Source: Octopus sinensis (taxonomy: Eukaryota). Taken from it: DNA of 64,000 nt. The stretch covers positions 51,038,464 to 51,102,463 of the forward strand of contig NC_043011.1 in NCBI RefSeq assembly GCF_006345805.1, in the 5' to 3' direction. Each line of letters starts with the position of its first letter. Within the stretch, counting starts at the first letter, position 1. Shown piece after piece: positions 41,255-54,057 of the stretch. The position numbers were made by a program, and so were the translations under genes. The notes under the pieces were generated by a model. The model searched no databases and had not been told where the DNA came from. It worked only from the letters and a program-made list of their open reading frames with translations.

Positions 41255-41870
41255 ATAATAATAATAATGAAATTATTGTATCCAGTGCTCAGGTGCACCA
41301 CAACTTGTCAGAGTATATGCAGTAATGTACAAATGTCTGGAAAGCGAACAATGCATGAGTCAAATACATGCTTGTGTGTGTATGGAGGGGAGGAAATCAG
41401 GTGTAGTGTTGGCAAATCTCAGAAAGCATGGAAGTTTTGAAGGATGCAGTGCTCCAACAACTAACAACTGATGCCGGCAGTTTGTTCCATGCTTCAGCAA
41501 CTCTCAGCATGAAAAAATGTTTCCTGAAGTCATGGGAGCTGTGCTGTTTTCTGACTTTGTAAATATGTCCATGGGTGTTAGATGGGTGGAGTTTGAAAAG
41601 GTGCTCAGAGTTATTGTTTGTACGATGGTTGATAATTATATGGGTGTCTGCCAAGTCAGCTGCCAGACGTCGGAGTTTCAATGTGTCCATGCCCAGGGAA
41701 GTAAGGCGTTCAGGATATGGCAAATGCCTGATGGAGGGTATTCTTTTGGTTGCACGTCGCTGAACGGCTTCCAGATGATTGATATCCTGGGCAAGATAGG
41801 GGTTCCAGACCGGTGATGCAAATACCAGGTGAAGTCTTACCATAGCTATATAAAGCCGCAGATAGATATA
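41255..41870 (-). mobile_element. CR1/L2-type LINE 3' fragment with (TAT)n tail
   Basis: YIAMVRLHLVFASPVWNPY...LEAVQRRATK...LGMDTLKLRRLAADL...RKHFFMLRVAEAWNKLP. Confidence 0.9.
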
Positions 41871-41926
41871 AGGGTGAGTCAGAAAATAATGCAATTTTTA
41901 GTTGCATTATTTTCTGACTCACCCTT
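41870..41926. mobile_element. Minimal mariner-like TIR-only remnant (57-bp hairpin)
   Basis: aagggtgagtcagaaaataatgcaa and its perfect reverse complement, separated by 7 nt. Confidence 0.7.
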
Positions 41927-43631
41927 GTGGATTGATGTAGCTATGATTTTGAGAGGTACATCTATAAAAATGATTGCAGGATATTATTACAAACTAATAC
42001 ACCAACACCAAATATGGAAATACAACACACCATATAAGGTAACATGTGCAAACCTCTCTGAAAGTTACATGGAGACAGCTTGAAGTATTAGTGAGTATTA
42101 CTTCAGTAGAGTGTTAGAAAAAATTATACTGTAAAGGGAACCTACTTCCATAATTGGTCAACATGCCTCAGATAGGCCTGATAGTTCAATCAATAGAATC
42201 AGTGTTGACATATCCATACAGCTTATTGACACATGCATGCACACACACACACAGATTGGTTCAAAATTTTGCCATCAATGTTTAAGCAGACTTTAGACAG
42301 GTTTGTAACTTGTAACTTAGACAATTATTTTTTTAACCTTAAAAATTGCTTGATTCTAACCTTATTTTCATACTTACTTTTTAAACTTTATTGACAAATT
42401 TTAACCTTGTTATTATTAATAAGTCCATAAACATGAGGTAGTTCACTTTAGCTTTGATTACTTTATGACATACAAGTGGTATCAAAACAATTTAAAGAAA
42501 TAACTACTGTGGAAATTTATTATAGTACAATATCTTTGGTTTTAATCTACAAACAAATGTGCTTATGAATTATAAGGAGTGGCTGTGTGGTAAGTAGCTT
42601 GTTTACCAACCACATGGTTCCGGGTTCAGTCCCACTGCGTGGCACCCTGGGCAAGTGTCTTCTACTATAGCCTCGGGCCGACCAAAGCCTTGTGAGTGGA
42701 TTTGGTAGACAGAAACTGAAAGATTTTGAGAGGTACATCTATAAAAATGATTGCAGGATATTATTACAAACTAATACACCAACACCAAATATGGAAATAC
42801 AACACACCATATAAGGTAACATGTGCAAACCTCTCTGAAAGTTACATGGAGACAGCTTGAAGTATTAGTGAGTATTACTTCAGTAGAGTGTTAGAAAAAA
42901 TTATACTGTAAAGGGAACCTACTTCCATAATTGGTCAACATGCCTCAGATAGGCCTGATAGTTCAATCAATAGAATCAGTGTTGACATATCCATACAGCT
43001 TATTGACACATGCATGCACACACACACACAGATTGGTTCAAAATTTTGCCACAAGGCTATCAAGTTCAGGAGAGGTGGTAAGTTGATTACATTGACCCCA
43101 GTCCTCAACTGGTACTTATTTTATTGACCTTGAAAGGATTAAAGGCAAAGTTGACTGAACCCTTCTGAAGATGGGCCTTTGTGCCCCAAATATATGTGTG
43201 TATGTATGTATGTACATAAATGCACACACACCACCAAACATGTCATCATTGTCATCATCATCATCATCATCATCAACAACAACAACAACAAAAGCAACAG
43301 CAACAACAACAACAACAACTGCAATTTTATCATCAATGTTTAAGCAGACTTTAGACAGGTTTGTAACTTGTAACTTAGACAATTATTTTTTTAACCTTAA
43401 AAATTGCTTGATTCTAACCTTATTTTCATACTTACTTTTTAAACTTTATTGACAAATTTTAACCTTGTTATTATTAATAAGTCCATAAACATGAGGTAGT
43501 TCACTTTAGCTTTGATTACTTTATGACATACAAGTGGTATCAAAACAATTTAAAGAAATAACTACTGTGGAAATTTATTATAGTACAATATCTCTGGTTT
43601 TAATCTACAAACAAATGTGCTTATGAATTAT

Positions 43632-44038
43632 AAGGAGTGGCTGTGTGGTAAGTAGCTTGTTTACCAACCACATGGTTCCGGGTTCAGTCCCACTGTGTGG
43701 CACCCTGGGCAAGTGTCTTCTACTATAGCCTCGGGCCGACCAAAGCTTTGTGAGTGGATTTGGTAGACAGAAACTGAAAGAAGCCCGTTGTATATATGTA
43801 TATATTATGTGTGTGTGTGTGTTTGTGTGTCTGTGTTTGTCCCCCTACCATTGCTTGATAACCGATGCTGGTTTGTTTATGTCCCCGTTACTTAGTGGTT
43901 CGGCAAAATAGACCGATAGAATAAGTACTGGGCTTACAAAAGAATAAGTCCCGGGGTCGAGTTGTTCGATTAAAGGCGGTGCTCCAGCATGGCCGCAGTC
44001 AAATGACTGAAACAAGTAAAAGAGTAAAAAAAGAGTAA
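43632..44038 (+). mobile_element. SINE family A
   Basis: Full length; its 5' 150 bp is duplicated at 42574-42722. Confidence 0.92.
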
Positions 44039-45061
44039 GAGTATAACATTTTGGCAAAAAATTGCCTTACTCATCATATATCATCAATTACTTTGGTCTT
44101 TCATAATCTATGAAGACCAACATACTGATTTTTGACTTCACTTCCTTTTTCATAAGTATCAACTTCCAATAGTATACATGACATTTTACATTCAGCACTC
44201 CTAGTCCATACAAGCACAGTTATTACCCTGTCCACTGTGCTTGATGCCCTTAATGTACAATGACTCATGAAATGAGGAGAGGTCCTCATATGACTCTTTC
44301 GCTTGCTTACTATTTTTCCAGCTTCCAAATCTCCTTCATATTACACTCTTAAACCAGCCAAATCTGGCCAAAATAATCTACCTTTTTTTATGTTCAAACT
44401 GATCAGATTCAGCCTCTCACACTTACCCTTCAATGTTATTCTAAAAATAAACAATCATATCACTGAAATCTTGAGGGTACAAGATAATGCATGATTGATT
44501 CGTAACAATGTGAATAAATAAACATTACATTTGACAGAGTAACCTGGATGCTAAAGGGTTAAAAAAATACATATTTGAAAATGTAGTCCTAAATATGCTA
44601 AGCACCCTATCCCACCACACACAAAAAAAAAAAAAACGCAAAATAAATCTAGAATGGTAACATTTGGAATGTTGTGGATCAGAGCTGACCTGATACTAAA
44701 CAATAACAAAACACCAACAATAAGACACTGATGCTCAATCTCTCATGCTAGCTAACATTACCAATCCAATAGATCATGATTGTGTCATTTCTTTTCATTT
44801 TCCATAGATCTACATTCAGTGCTCACATCTCACTACGACAAAGTAGGGCATATCTTTCCTATACATAGAACAGTTAGTCTTTTATCCCTTAGTGAGAAAC
44901 CTTCTGTTACTAACAAGTTCATTAACTCCCTAATTTAACTATTATACTTTAACTACATTTTTTTCAATAGGAATTTATTTATGCTATAAGAATTTAGAAA
45001 CTTTGAGGGGACATGAAAAAATTCATTTTCATAAGTTAAAGCTATAAATAAACGATAAGCA

Positions 45062-45363
45062 TTGCCCTTTTCAAGCCTAGCCAGGCTCATGGGCCCGGTT
45101 TCCTGGTTTCTGTGGCGTATGTGTTCCCCCCAGCTGGACGGGATGCCAGTCCATCGCAGCGTTACTCAAGAAACAGGAAGAGAGAGTGAGAGAAAGTTGT
45201 GGCGAAAGAGTACAACAGGGGTCACCACCACCCCCTGCCGGAGCCTCGTGGAGCTTTTAGGTGTTTTCGCTCAATAAACACACACAACGCCTGGTCTGGG
45301 AATTGAAACAGTGATCCTCCGACCGCGAGTCCACTGCCCTAACCACTGGGCCATTGCACCTCC
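45062..45363 (-). mobile_element. SINE family B, tail type 3
   Basis: Same head and core, different tail; 13-bp TSD aagctataaataa at 45039-45051 and 45367-45379. Confidence 0.88.
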
Positions 45364-45666
45364 ACGAAGCTATAAATAATGATTTCAAATTTTGGCACAA
45401 GGCCAGCAAGTTTGGCTAAGGGTGTAAGTCAATAACCTTGACCCTGGTGCACAAATTGGTACTTATTCTGTTGACCACAAATGGATGAAAGGCAAAGTTG
45501 ACCGTGGCAGAGTTTGGTCTCGGAACATTAAAATGAACGAAATGCTGCCAAGCATTTTGCCTGGTAAAAAGATAATGCTGTAAATAACAGCATGTAAATA
45601 CTGGGTTAAAAAAGAAGCCTTTGGATGGGAGAAAAGTTGAAGGCTGCCCATGGGAAATGAACTCAC

Positions 45667-45752
45667 ATCTTCTATAAACATGACAAACATTCTACAATAG
45701 GACCAAAGCAATCCTTTGAATTTCTTTATCCATTTTCTAAACTCTGTCTTGC
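45667..45752 (-). other. Candidate minus-strand exon (86 nt, phase 1-0, open)
   Basis: aattcttgcag|GC AAG...GAT|gtgagt; KTEFRKWIKKFKGLLWSYCRMFVMFIED. Confidence 0.35.
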
Positions 45753-46779
45753 CTGCAAGAATTGTATGTTGCTTGTGAAATAATTTGTTTTTAATAGGTG
45801 AACTATGAAACTAGATCAAGTTTTTAATAATAGCATGTAAATATAAGGTTAAAAAAACACTTTGGATAGAAGAGCTGATGGCTGTCAACATACAATGTAA
45901 ACACACACATATGCATGTATACACATACATGCATACAAATAAACACACTTTTAAAGACATTAGCACTACCATCCTAAAAAAAATAACCCATACCATGACA
46001 AAACTAGTAATGGTTTTAAAAATAAAATGAGATCTCATCAGGCACAGAGAAGTCATTAATTTGCAATGAATAAAGTAAATTTACAACTTTTGTCTTTATT
46101 AATTTTGTATTATTTCGCTGTTAAAAGCTTATACAATCCAATTTTAGAGTAAAATTTATAAATCATAATCTATGTTAAGTTAGTTTAGTTGTGATACCTG
46201 ACTCACCACTTAGGTGGGCGCTAGACATAATAACTACTTAAAAGAGAGGTTATAAAAGAAAGGAGTGGTTGTGTGGTAAGTAGCTTGCATACCAACCACA
46301 TGGTCCTGGGTTCAGTCCTACTGCATGGCACCTTGGGCAAGTGTCTTCTACTATAGCCTCGGGCCGACGAAAGCTTTGTGAGTGGATTTGGTAGACGGAA
46401 ACTGAAGGAAGCCCGTCGTATTTATATATATATAATTCAAAATATTACATTATATAATTAGGGCTTAGTCAAATAAATTACTTTGCCACATACTGAACTA
46501 AGTAGAAATAGCAGCCAAAAAAAATTTTTTTAGCCATTTCTACTACTTAAAAGAAAATTTCTCTCAGATAATATCTGAGAGAATTTTCTTTTAAGTAGTA
46601 GAAATGGCTAAAAAAAATTTTTTTTGGCTGCTATTTCTACTTAGTTCAGTATGTGGCAAAGTAATTTATTTGACTAAGCCCTAATTATATAATGTAATAT
46701 TTTGAATTCGCCTTAAATGGTCCTTTTACATACTGAACACTTGGTGAAATTGATTAATTAATTTTACCCTCAATTGTTG

Positions 46780-46822
<43 letters not shown>

Positions 46823-48253
46823 GTGTGTGTGTGTATGTGTGTGTATATGTTTGTGTGTCTGTGTTTGTTCCCCCCCCCCCAACATCGCTTGACAACCGAT
46901 GCTGGTGTGTTTACGTCCCCGTAACTTAGCGGTTCGGCAAAGACACCGATAGAATAAATACTAGGCTTACAAAGAATAAGGTCTGGGGTCGATTTGCTCG
47001 ACAAAAGGCGGTGCCCCGGCATGACCGCAGTTAAATGACTGAAACAAGTAAAAGAATAAAAAGAAAGAAAAAAGAAAACCATTGATCTAATCCATAATCA
47101 TTATAACCAAAAGACCATTGCAACCAGCCCGCCAATTTCTTAACGACGATGACGATACCCCCACCACCATAGCACCAAGCTACGTACGGTGTATGCCAAA
47201 TGTCTGCTCTGTCATGAGGTTGCAGCCAGGCCAAGTAAAACCTAAATCTGCCTGGTCCTCCACAGTTCTTAATTAGGGCTTCACTTTCATAGTTTTGCTT
47301 TACTTAGTGGAGGAGGTAGAGTCCTTGCCTATGTATTTTTTTTAATATTCGACATGCATTTTCAAAAGGTTTAATTTTGGCGATATACTAGATCTATATA
47401 TTTTGTGTATTAAGTATAAAAAGCCAAACATAGCCTATAATCCAATAGAAAAAAATAAATCAAAAAAGCTAGGTAAATTCCGAAAGCGGAATACATTCTA
47501 AAGATAACCAAAATAAAAATAAAAAAACGAGTTTCTAGAATTTGGTTTAAAAAATAAACAAAAACAAACTTGGCAACCACAACAACCATCGTTGGATTAA
47601 CCCAACGTTGGATTATTACTTAGGTGATTACTTAGGCACGTACTTAGGTGATCAAGAGACGAGGGCACCACAGAAATGGAAATGGTTTATGGCACCAAGG
47701 AAATCACTTTAAACTTGCTAAAATAATATTCGTAATGCATTATCTCTCTACTAAGTATAGAAGCAAAAGTTTTACTTAAAATCAATTTTAACGATATCAT
47801 CGAACCCTTTGCAATTAAAAACAAAAACGGAGAAAAAATTTTAATTATAAAGTGGAAGCATATAAAAATAAACATTATTTTCCATCTTAATGCGAATTTT
47901 GTTTCATTTTGAAAAATAAAAAATAATTTTATTGTTTATCATCGTTTATATTTTGAATTATTTTTGTTAAGATTTTGAACCATTTACATTATACTTGAGG
48001 GCACCAAAACCTTTTAAGTGCTTAGGGTCTCTATGGGTCTTAATCCTATATCTTTTCACGGAAATGGTTATGTGAAGAATGTTTGATAAAGTTACTTTTG
48101 CTATTGTAAATAAATTATCATTCTGAACAGATTTTAAACGAAAGTTCAAAGTTCTCTCTCTCTCTCTCTCAGACACACACACACACACACACACAAAACA
48201 CACTATACGCATACACACATATTAGCACGCACGCACGCACGCACGCACGCACG

Positions 48254-48284
<31 letters not shown>

Positions 48285-48674
48285 GGAATATACATGCATA
48301 TCAATATACATGCAAAACATATAGCAATACATACACAGACACACACACACATATATATACAAATACACAAACATATATAGATGCAAATGATATACACACA
48401 TTCATATATATTTTCTTTATGTATGAGTGCACGCGCTTCCCCAAACGCATCTACAAATATACGCACACATCTATCTGCTTCCGACCTCTCTCTTTCTCTC
48501 CCTCACACACATACACTACAAAGCTATATTTTCTAATTGTATAATCTTAGATGTTGACACATATACCCACACGGCATATATAAACATACAGACCAATTGT
48601 TTGACTTTCCTGTGTTTTGTCATTTACTTCACAAACTTAAACTGTTTTCTCTGGGTGACGCTTCACAAAGGATT

Positions 48675-48842
48675 ATGTCTAGATCGAACTATTATCTTTT
48701 AGGTCGTTCGTGTTCGCCGTTGTTTATGTTATGGTTCTTGTTGACCACAGCAACGGCATCAAGCTTCCAGACCTACAATGTTGACCAAACTAGTGGGACT
48801 GGTCGTCGATTTGATGGAATCGGTGGCCTAAGTGGGGGAGGC
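48675..48842 (+). CDS. GALC: Galactocerebrosidase (GH59) coding exon 1, with signal peptide
   Basis: Translates MSRSNYYLLGRSCSPLFMLWFLLTTATASSFQTYNVDQTSGTGRRFDGIGGLSGGG. The RxFDGIGxxSGGG motif matches the GALC N-terminus. Ends at GGC|gtgagt (phase 0). A second in-frame ATG lies at 48726. Confidence 0.93.
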
Positions 48843-48974
48843 GTGAGTATTACTATATTTTGTTTAAAATCATAAAGATCTGTTCGATTCTATGCTGCTT
48901 TTCACCCTTCTGATATACTGTGGATAAAACAAAGTACCTGTTTTTTAAGTATGTGTTATTTATATATAAACAAT

Positions 48975-49328
48975 AACTCTGAGCACCTTTTCAAACTCCA
49001 CCCATCTAACACACGTAGACATATTTACAAAGTCAGAAACAGCACAGCTTCCATGACTTTCAGAAACATTTTTTCACGCTGAGAGTTGCTGAAGCATGGA
49101 ACAAACTGCCGGCATCAGTTGTTAGTTGTCGGAGCACTGCATCCTTCAAAACTTCCATGCTTCCTGAGATTCGCCAATACTACACCTGATTTTTTCCCCT
49201 CCATACACATGCAAGCATGTATCTGACTCTTGCATTGTTCGCTTTCCAGACATTTGTACATTACTGCATATACTCTGACAAGTTGTGGTGCACCTGAGCA
49301 CTGTATACGATAATTTCATTATTATTAT
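48975..49328 (+). mobile_element. CR1-type LINE 3' end in GALC intron 1
   Basis: Reverse-complement match to 41270-41610; ends taatttcattattattat. Confidence 0.85.
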
Positions 49329-50134
49329 ATTTTGGCTTAAAATTTCGCCGGGTCGTCAGCGTGTTCATTCTTCGGCATACCTACACAAGTGTGCCCCGCG
49401 ACTTTGCTTCCGGATAACTTCTATAAAAGATAGATATTTTAAAATAAAATTATCTACAGATACGCTCCAGATAGTATAGATTGCGATTCTATCGGAATTT
49501 ATGGAAAAAAAATTTCCATGGGCGGGGAGAGGAGTTTTGGAAAATTCCTACGACTTAGATTTGTTTCCTCATAACTTTCAGGAAAATTGATATTTCTTAA
49601 TGAAATTTTCTACAAATGCCTTTCAGTGCGTGTAGATTACAATTATATCGGAATTTAATATGAAGAAATTAGTGAGCTCGTACACATACGTACTGACACA
49701 TTACGGCGAAGGTAAAGAATACGCACACTCGGTGTTTAGGGGTAGGGGTTACGGTTAGGGTTACGCCGAAAACGGGTGGTGTGCGGATTCTTACATAAGC
49801 GCATTTATAGAAAAGTTAATTTAACAACATCCCTTTTTCAGAAACACAACCTGGAGCATACTTTCTGGGCTTTCTATAACTTTATTCACATTTTAGAATG
49901 TATTATAGTATAAATCGATCCACTACTTTCGTACTTCGTCTTCTGAGAGTCGAAAGACAAAGTTGACATCAGCGTGATTTACTAGTCAAAATACGGGTCG
50001 ATTTCTTCCACGATGCGTGACTTAGTGGCAATGTTAGAAGTTTCGGTTCTACGTTGAGTTCAACTTCTTCCAGTGTCAGTTTTACCTTTCACCCTTTCGG
50101 GGCCAGTAAAATAATACTCAAGTACTGGGATCGA

Positions 50135-50368
50135 TGGTGGCGAGCTGGCAGAAACGTTAGCACGCCGGGCAAAATGCTTAGCGGTATTTCGTCCGCCGTT
50201 ACGTTGTGAGTTCAAATTCCGCTGAGGTCGACTTTGCCTTTCATCCTTTCGGGGTCTATAAATTAAGTACCAGTTACGCACTGGAGTCGATTTAATCGAC
50301 TTAATACCTATGTCTGTCCTTGTTTGTCCCCTCTATGTTTAGCCCCTTGTGGATAATAAAGAAATAGG
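50135..50368 (+). mobile_element. SINE family C (probably Nin-domain type)
   Basis: ggcgagctggcagaaacgttagcacgccgggc...gaggtcgactttgcctttcatcctttcgggg...taaagaaata. Minus-strand copies at about 20180-20800, 24080-24290, 32000-32160, 45385-45570 and 61440-61950. The family name is from recall. Confidence 0.8.
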
Positions 50369-51423
50369 TTTTGACGAACATACTTCTCCAAATGTCAGAT
50401 TTTGTATCTATGATAAAAACATCATTATTTTGATGAAGGCTGTGGAAATTGATTTTACCTAGCATTTTTACGCACACACACACACACATGTTCGATCAGA
50501 GACTCCTCTCTGATTGAACATGCCTTTGTTGACAGGCATTTTAACTACGATCATCCACTTTATTTTCATTGTATTTTTTTCCCAGTAATAGCCTATTCTG
50601 GACCATTGGGGTAGTAGGATGTAATTTTAGGGAGAATTGACTATTTCCTATTTCTGGCTGGTGGAGTGACCGCGAGGAGACTCTTTCGACGACATACTCT
50701 AAAGGGGATCATGCATTTATGAGGAAACGATATTACTGATATTTTATTTTATCGATCTCAAGGACCTGACTTCGCATAAAAAAACTAAGTTTTTTTCCTG
50801 GACGGTGAACATTTTAAAAGTGCTCCCTACCAATATTAATCCCTTCGTCCTTCCACTCTACTGATACGAGTTCAAATTACATTTTGTTGATAATTTGTTA
50901 GTCGTCCTCGCTGTCGTAACAGTGTTAGTAATCATAATAGTAATAATACGGTTGATACATGTTTACATTTTAAACTTGGTGCAACGAGTAAAATACAAAG
51001 AGTGCATAGATAAGAAAGATAATTGTTATAGCTGTTTGGTCCCTGGTCAGGCCTATTCCAATAGATCAAAGCAGTCGCTTACTTTGAATAAATAGAAACG
51101 GTCGCTTGTTACACGGACATTTAGTAGTAACGTAGATACTAGCATACTCGAGCTAATAAACCCAGAAGTTTTATTTACTTAAAATTGGGTATTTTCATCT
51201 TGTCATTGTTTTTAGCCTAGCACTTGCTACGCCTGACTGAATACTGAATACTATCTTCCCTATTTACTATTATTATACTATTATCCTATCTCTCGCTTAC
51301 TCTGTGGCTCTCTTAAAGACAAGCAGATATGTATTTCTGGGAGTTATGAAGAAACAAAACCGAGGGGAATATTTGTGTAGGTATCCCAGTACACAAGCAT
51401 ACATAGTTACTGCTATACATTTA

Positions 51424-51550
51424 ATGGCGATCTTTCGTTTTAACTCGAAATAATATAAACATTGAATTCGGTCATTTCCGTGACCACATGTTGTCTTGTC
51501 AATTGACCGAATGTTCACATTATTTCGAGTTAAAACGAAAGATCGCCCAT
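51424..51550. mobile_element. Harbinger/Tourist-like MITE
   Basis: 31-bp arms atg(g)gcgatctttcgttttaactcgaaataat, inverted and flanked by TTA on both sides. Confidence 0.7.
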
Positions 51551-51835
51551 TTAATTGTTATACGAATTTGTCTTCCGTATCACATGCTTACTTTTGGTGC
51601 TATTTAAAAATAACATGTCACGCGACTTTGTTCATTCAGATGTAGAAGTGAACAATATTTTAAGAAGCACGTCGCATTACTATTTCCATCAGCCAGTTTT
51701 CCAGGGGACGAGATTGCAACAACTTCTAGGTGCCTCACTTTTCCAATAAAAAATAATAATAACTTTATTAGTAACTTTTAAAGTTTGCGAAATTTGGTTA
51801 ATTCTATCTCGAAAGCCGCAGATATATTGGTACTT

Positions 51836-51849
51836 GTTTCCATAGTAAC
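51836..51849. promoter_or_regulatory. RFX X-box
   Basis: GTTTCC-AT-AGTAAC fits the GTHNYY-AT-RRNAAC consensus exactly, in non-repeat, CpG-containing sequence of GALC intron 1. Confidence 0.45.
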
Positions 51850-52711
51850 AAACCAAGCTGTTGTGTCGTCTGCTCACCCGACTGAAACACGAACGGTTGT
51901 ATTTGGCGGTTTTATTCGTGTTTCCCTGGACGTTTTCAAGCTAGTCTGCTTGGGACCCACCGTTCTATGGTTGACTCGTTTCTCTGCGAGTTTATGTGGC
52001 ACGGGAGATACGAAAATTGTAATTTATTTGACAAACTCCTTGTGTGTATCGCAAACTTACGGTTTTGAATACAAAATATGTATTGCTTACATTCACTGAA
52101 CTAGTTTAGTTTGTTTTCTGTAATTTAACGTTCATTGTAATAAGTTTTTTCGCATTATATGCGTGCTCCAGCATTTCATATGACTTTATTCATTAAAACT
52201 TATTAAAATTTCCATCGTTGAACGTTCTATCGTCGTAATGTTGTCATCATGCACAAAATGCCAGCTCCAAATCATGTTTTCTGATTGGTAAAAATGATCA
52301 AACTTTAAATCTCTAACATTTTTCTAAAATTTTTCTAGATCAAGAAATTTTTCTAGATCAAGTGAATAACAACATCAGATTCAGCTTGAAAAATTACATC
52401 AATATACCAGATTTGTGAATTTTACTTAATTTTAAAATTAAAAAAAAATGAAGCCAAACAGAAAAGATCCGAAGTTGGCAGGAATCTAGGACAGTTTACC
52501 TTCAAATTAATACATATCTCTCACCTACGCATATATATTCGTTATTTCATGCTAGCAAGTTTTTGATCTTTGGACAATTTTATTGATAACAGGAAATAGC
52601 AACAGCAAATGTCACCCTGTCACCGTTTGTAGCTCAGTCACACTGATACACACACATATGATGGGTTTCTTACAATTTCCATATGCATATGCATATATAT
52701 ATATATATATA

Positions 52712-53080
52712 CTAGCAGTATCGCCCGGCGTTGCTCGGGTTTGTAAGGGAAATAACTATAAAGCATTTTTAGAGAGTTATAGCCAAAAAATAGCAAAAAA
52801 ATGATGGTAAATTTTTTTTGATAGTTAAAAAGGTCGAGTTGCGTCCCCTAGACCATCTGTGGTTTGTGTTTCTGATTGTCGACCCCATGTCGAATTTATC
52901 GATCTTTTTCAGAACTGGGGGAACTTTTCAAAATTTTCGCTGCGTTAGTTTTGAATTATGACATTGGGCTATGTGTGTGTCAAGTTTCATCAAAATCGGT
53001 TGAAAGCCGTGGTCAGAGTGAGGGTACAACCAAACAGACACACAGAAACACACACAGACAAACTGCCGTTTATATAGAGA
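52712..53080 (-). mobile_element. Non-autonomous Helitron with a different internal region
   Basis: Same 3' terminus (ctagcagtatcgcccggcgttgctcgggtttgtaaggg on +); 5' part differs. Confidence 0.8.
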
Positions 53081-53169
53081 TATATATATATATATAACCC
53101 ATGCTAGCATGGAGAACGGACGTTAAACGATGATGATGATGATGATGATATATATATATATATATATAC

Positions 53170-53322
53170 TTTATCCTAAAAACTGTCCGATGAACGGCAA
53201 TGGGAAACTCAGAGTAACAGGTTTTGTTGAATTTTCTGCTGCTTTAAATAAAGCATATTACTCTACCACTGGTATTTGAGTACTCTTTTTTCCACCTTGT
53301 TTCACATTTATGTGTTTACTCC

Positions 53323-53362
<40 letters not shown>

Positions 53363-54014
53363 TATGCATATATGGGTACAGGATGTCATCAACTGTGTAA
53401 ACAACATGAAGTATGAAAATAAATACATGAACAGCAAGGGAAAAAAATGGAAAACAGGACAAGTAAACTCAGAGAATGACCCTTCATCAGTTGTAGGCTG
53501 TCCATCTACTCCTCGTTTCGAGCATTCAATGGCAATATGAGTTTTCAAGGCCAGTTCCCATAAATTCTAAAATAAAATTTAGGATTTATAGAGGGTCAAA
53601 ATTGGGAACAAAAGCAGGACAGTGGAGACATACAAGGAAAACCAAACAAAAACAAGCATGGAGGGTCATTAGACCAGAATGGGAGGAAAATAGTGAGTGC
53701 TGGGACAAATATTTTCTTTGACAAGAGAAAGAAAAGATCCAGTCCTTTTAACATACGTGCAGGAAAAGAAAAATGGTCATGTGAGGAAAAGTAAGATGGA
53801 CGATGGTCACATGTGAGAAAAAAGCGAAAGAGGTGGGGAGGAGGAAGAGAGAGAGATAGATAGAAAATAGTGAAAGAGGGAGGGGGAGAAAAAGGGAATT
53901 AAAGAAGGATGGAGAAAGAAAATAGTATAGAGTCGCATCAAAAAGGTTAAGATAAACTTACTTAGAAATGGATACATGACATTCAATTAAATATGAATAA
54001 TATATATGTATGCA

Positions 54015-54057
<43 letters not shown>

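Noticed and set aside
44101-44328. Minus-strand ORF
   Set aside because: Another frame reads SMLVFIDYE, indicating a decayed LINE RT rather than a gene.
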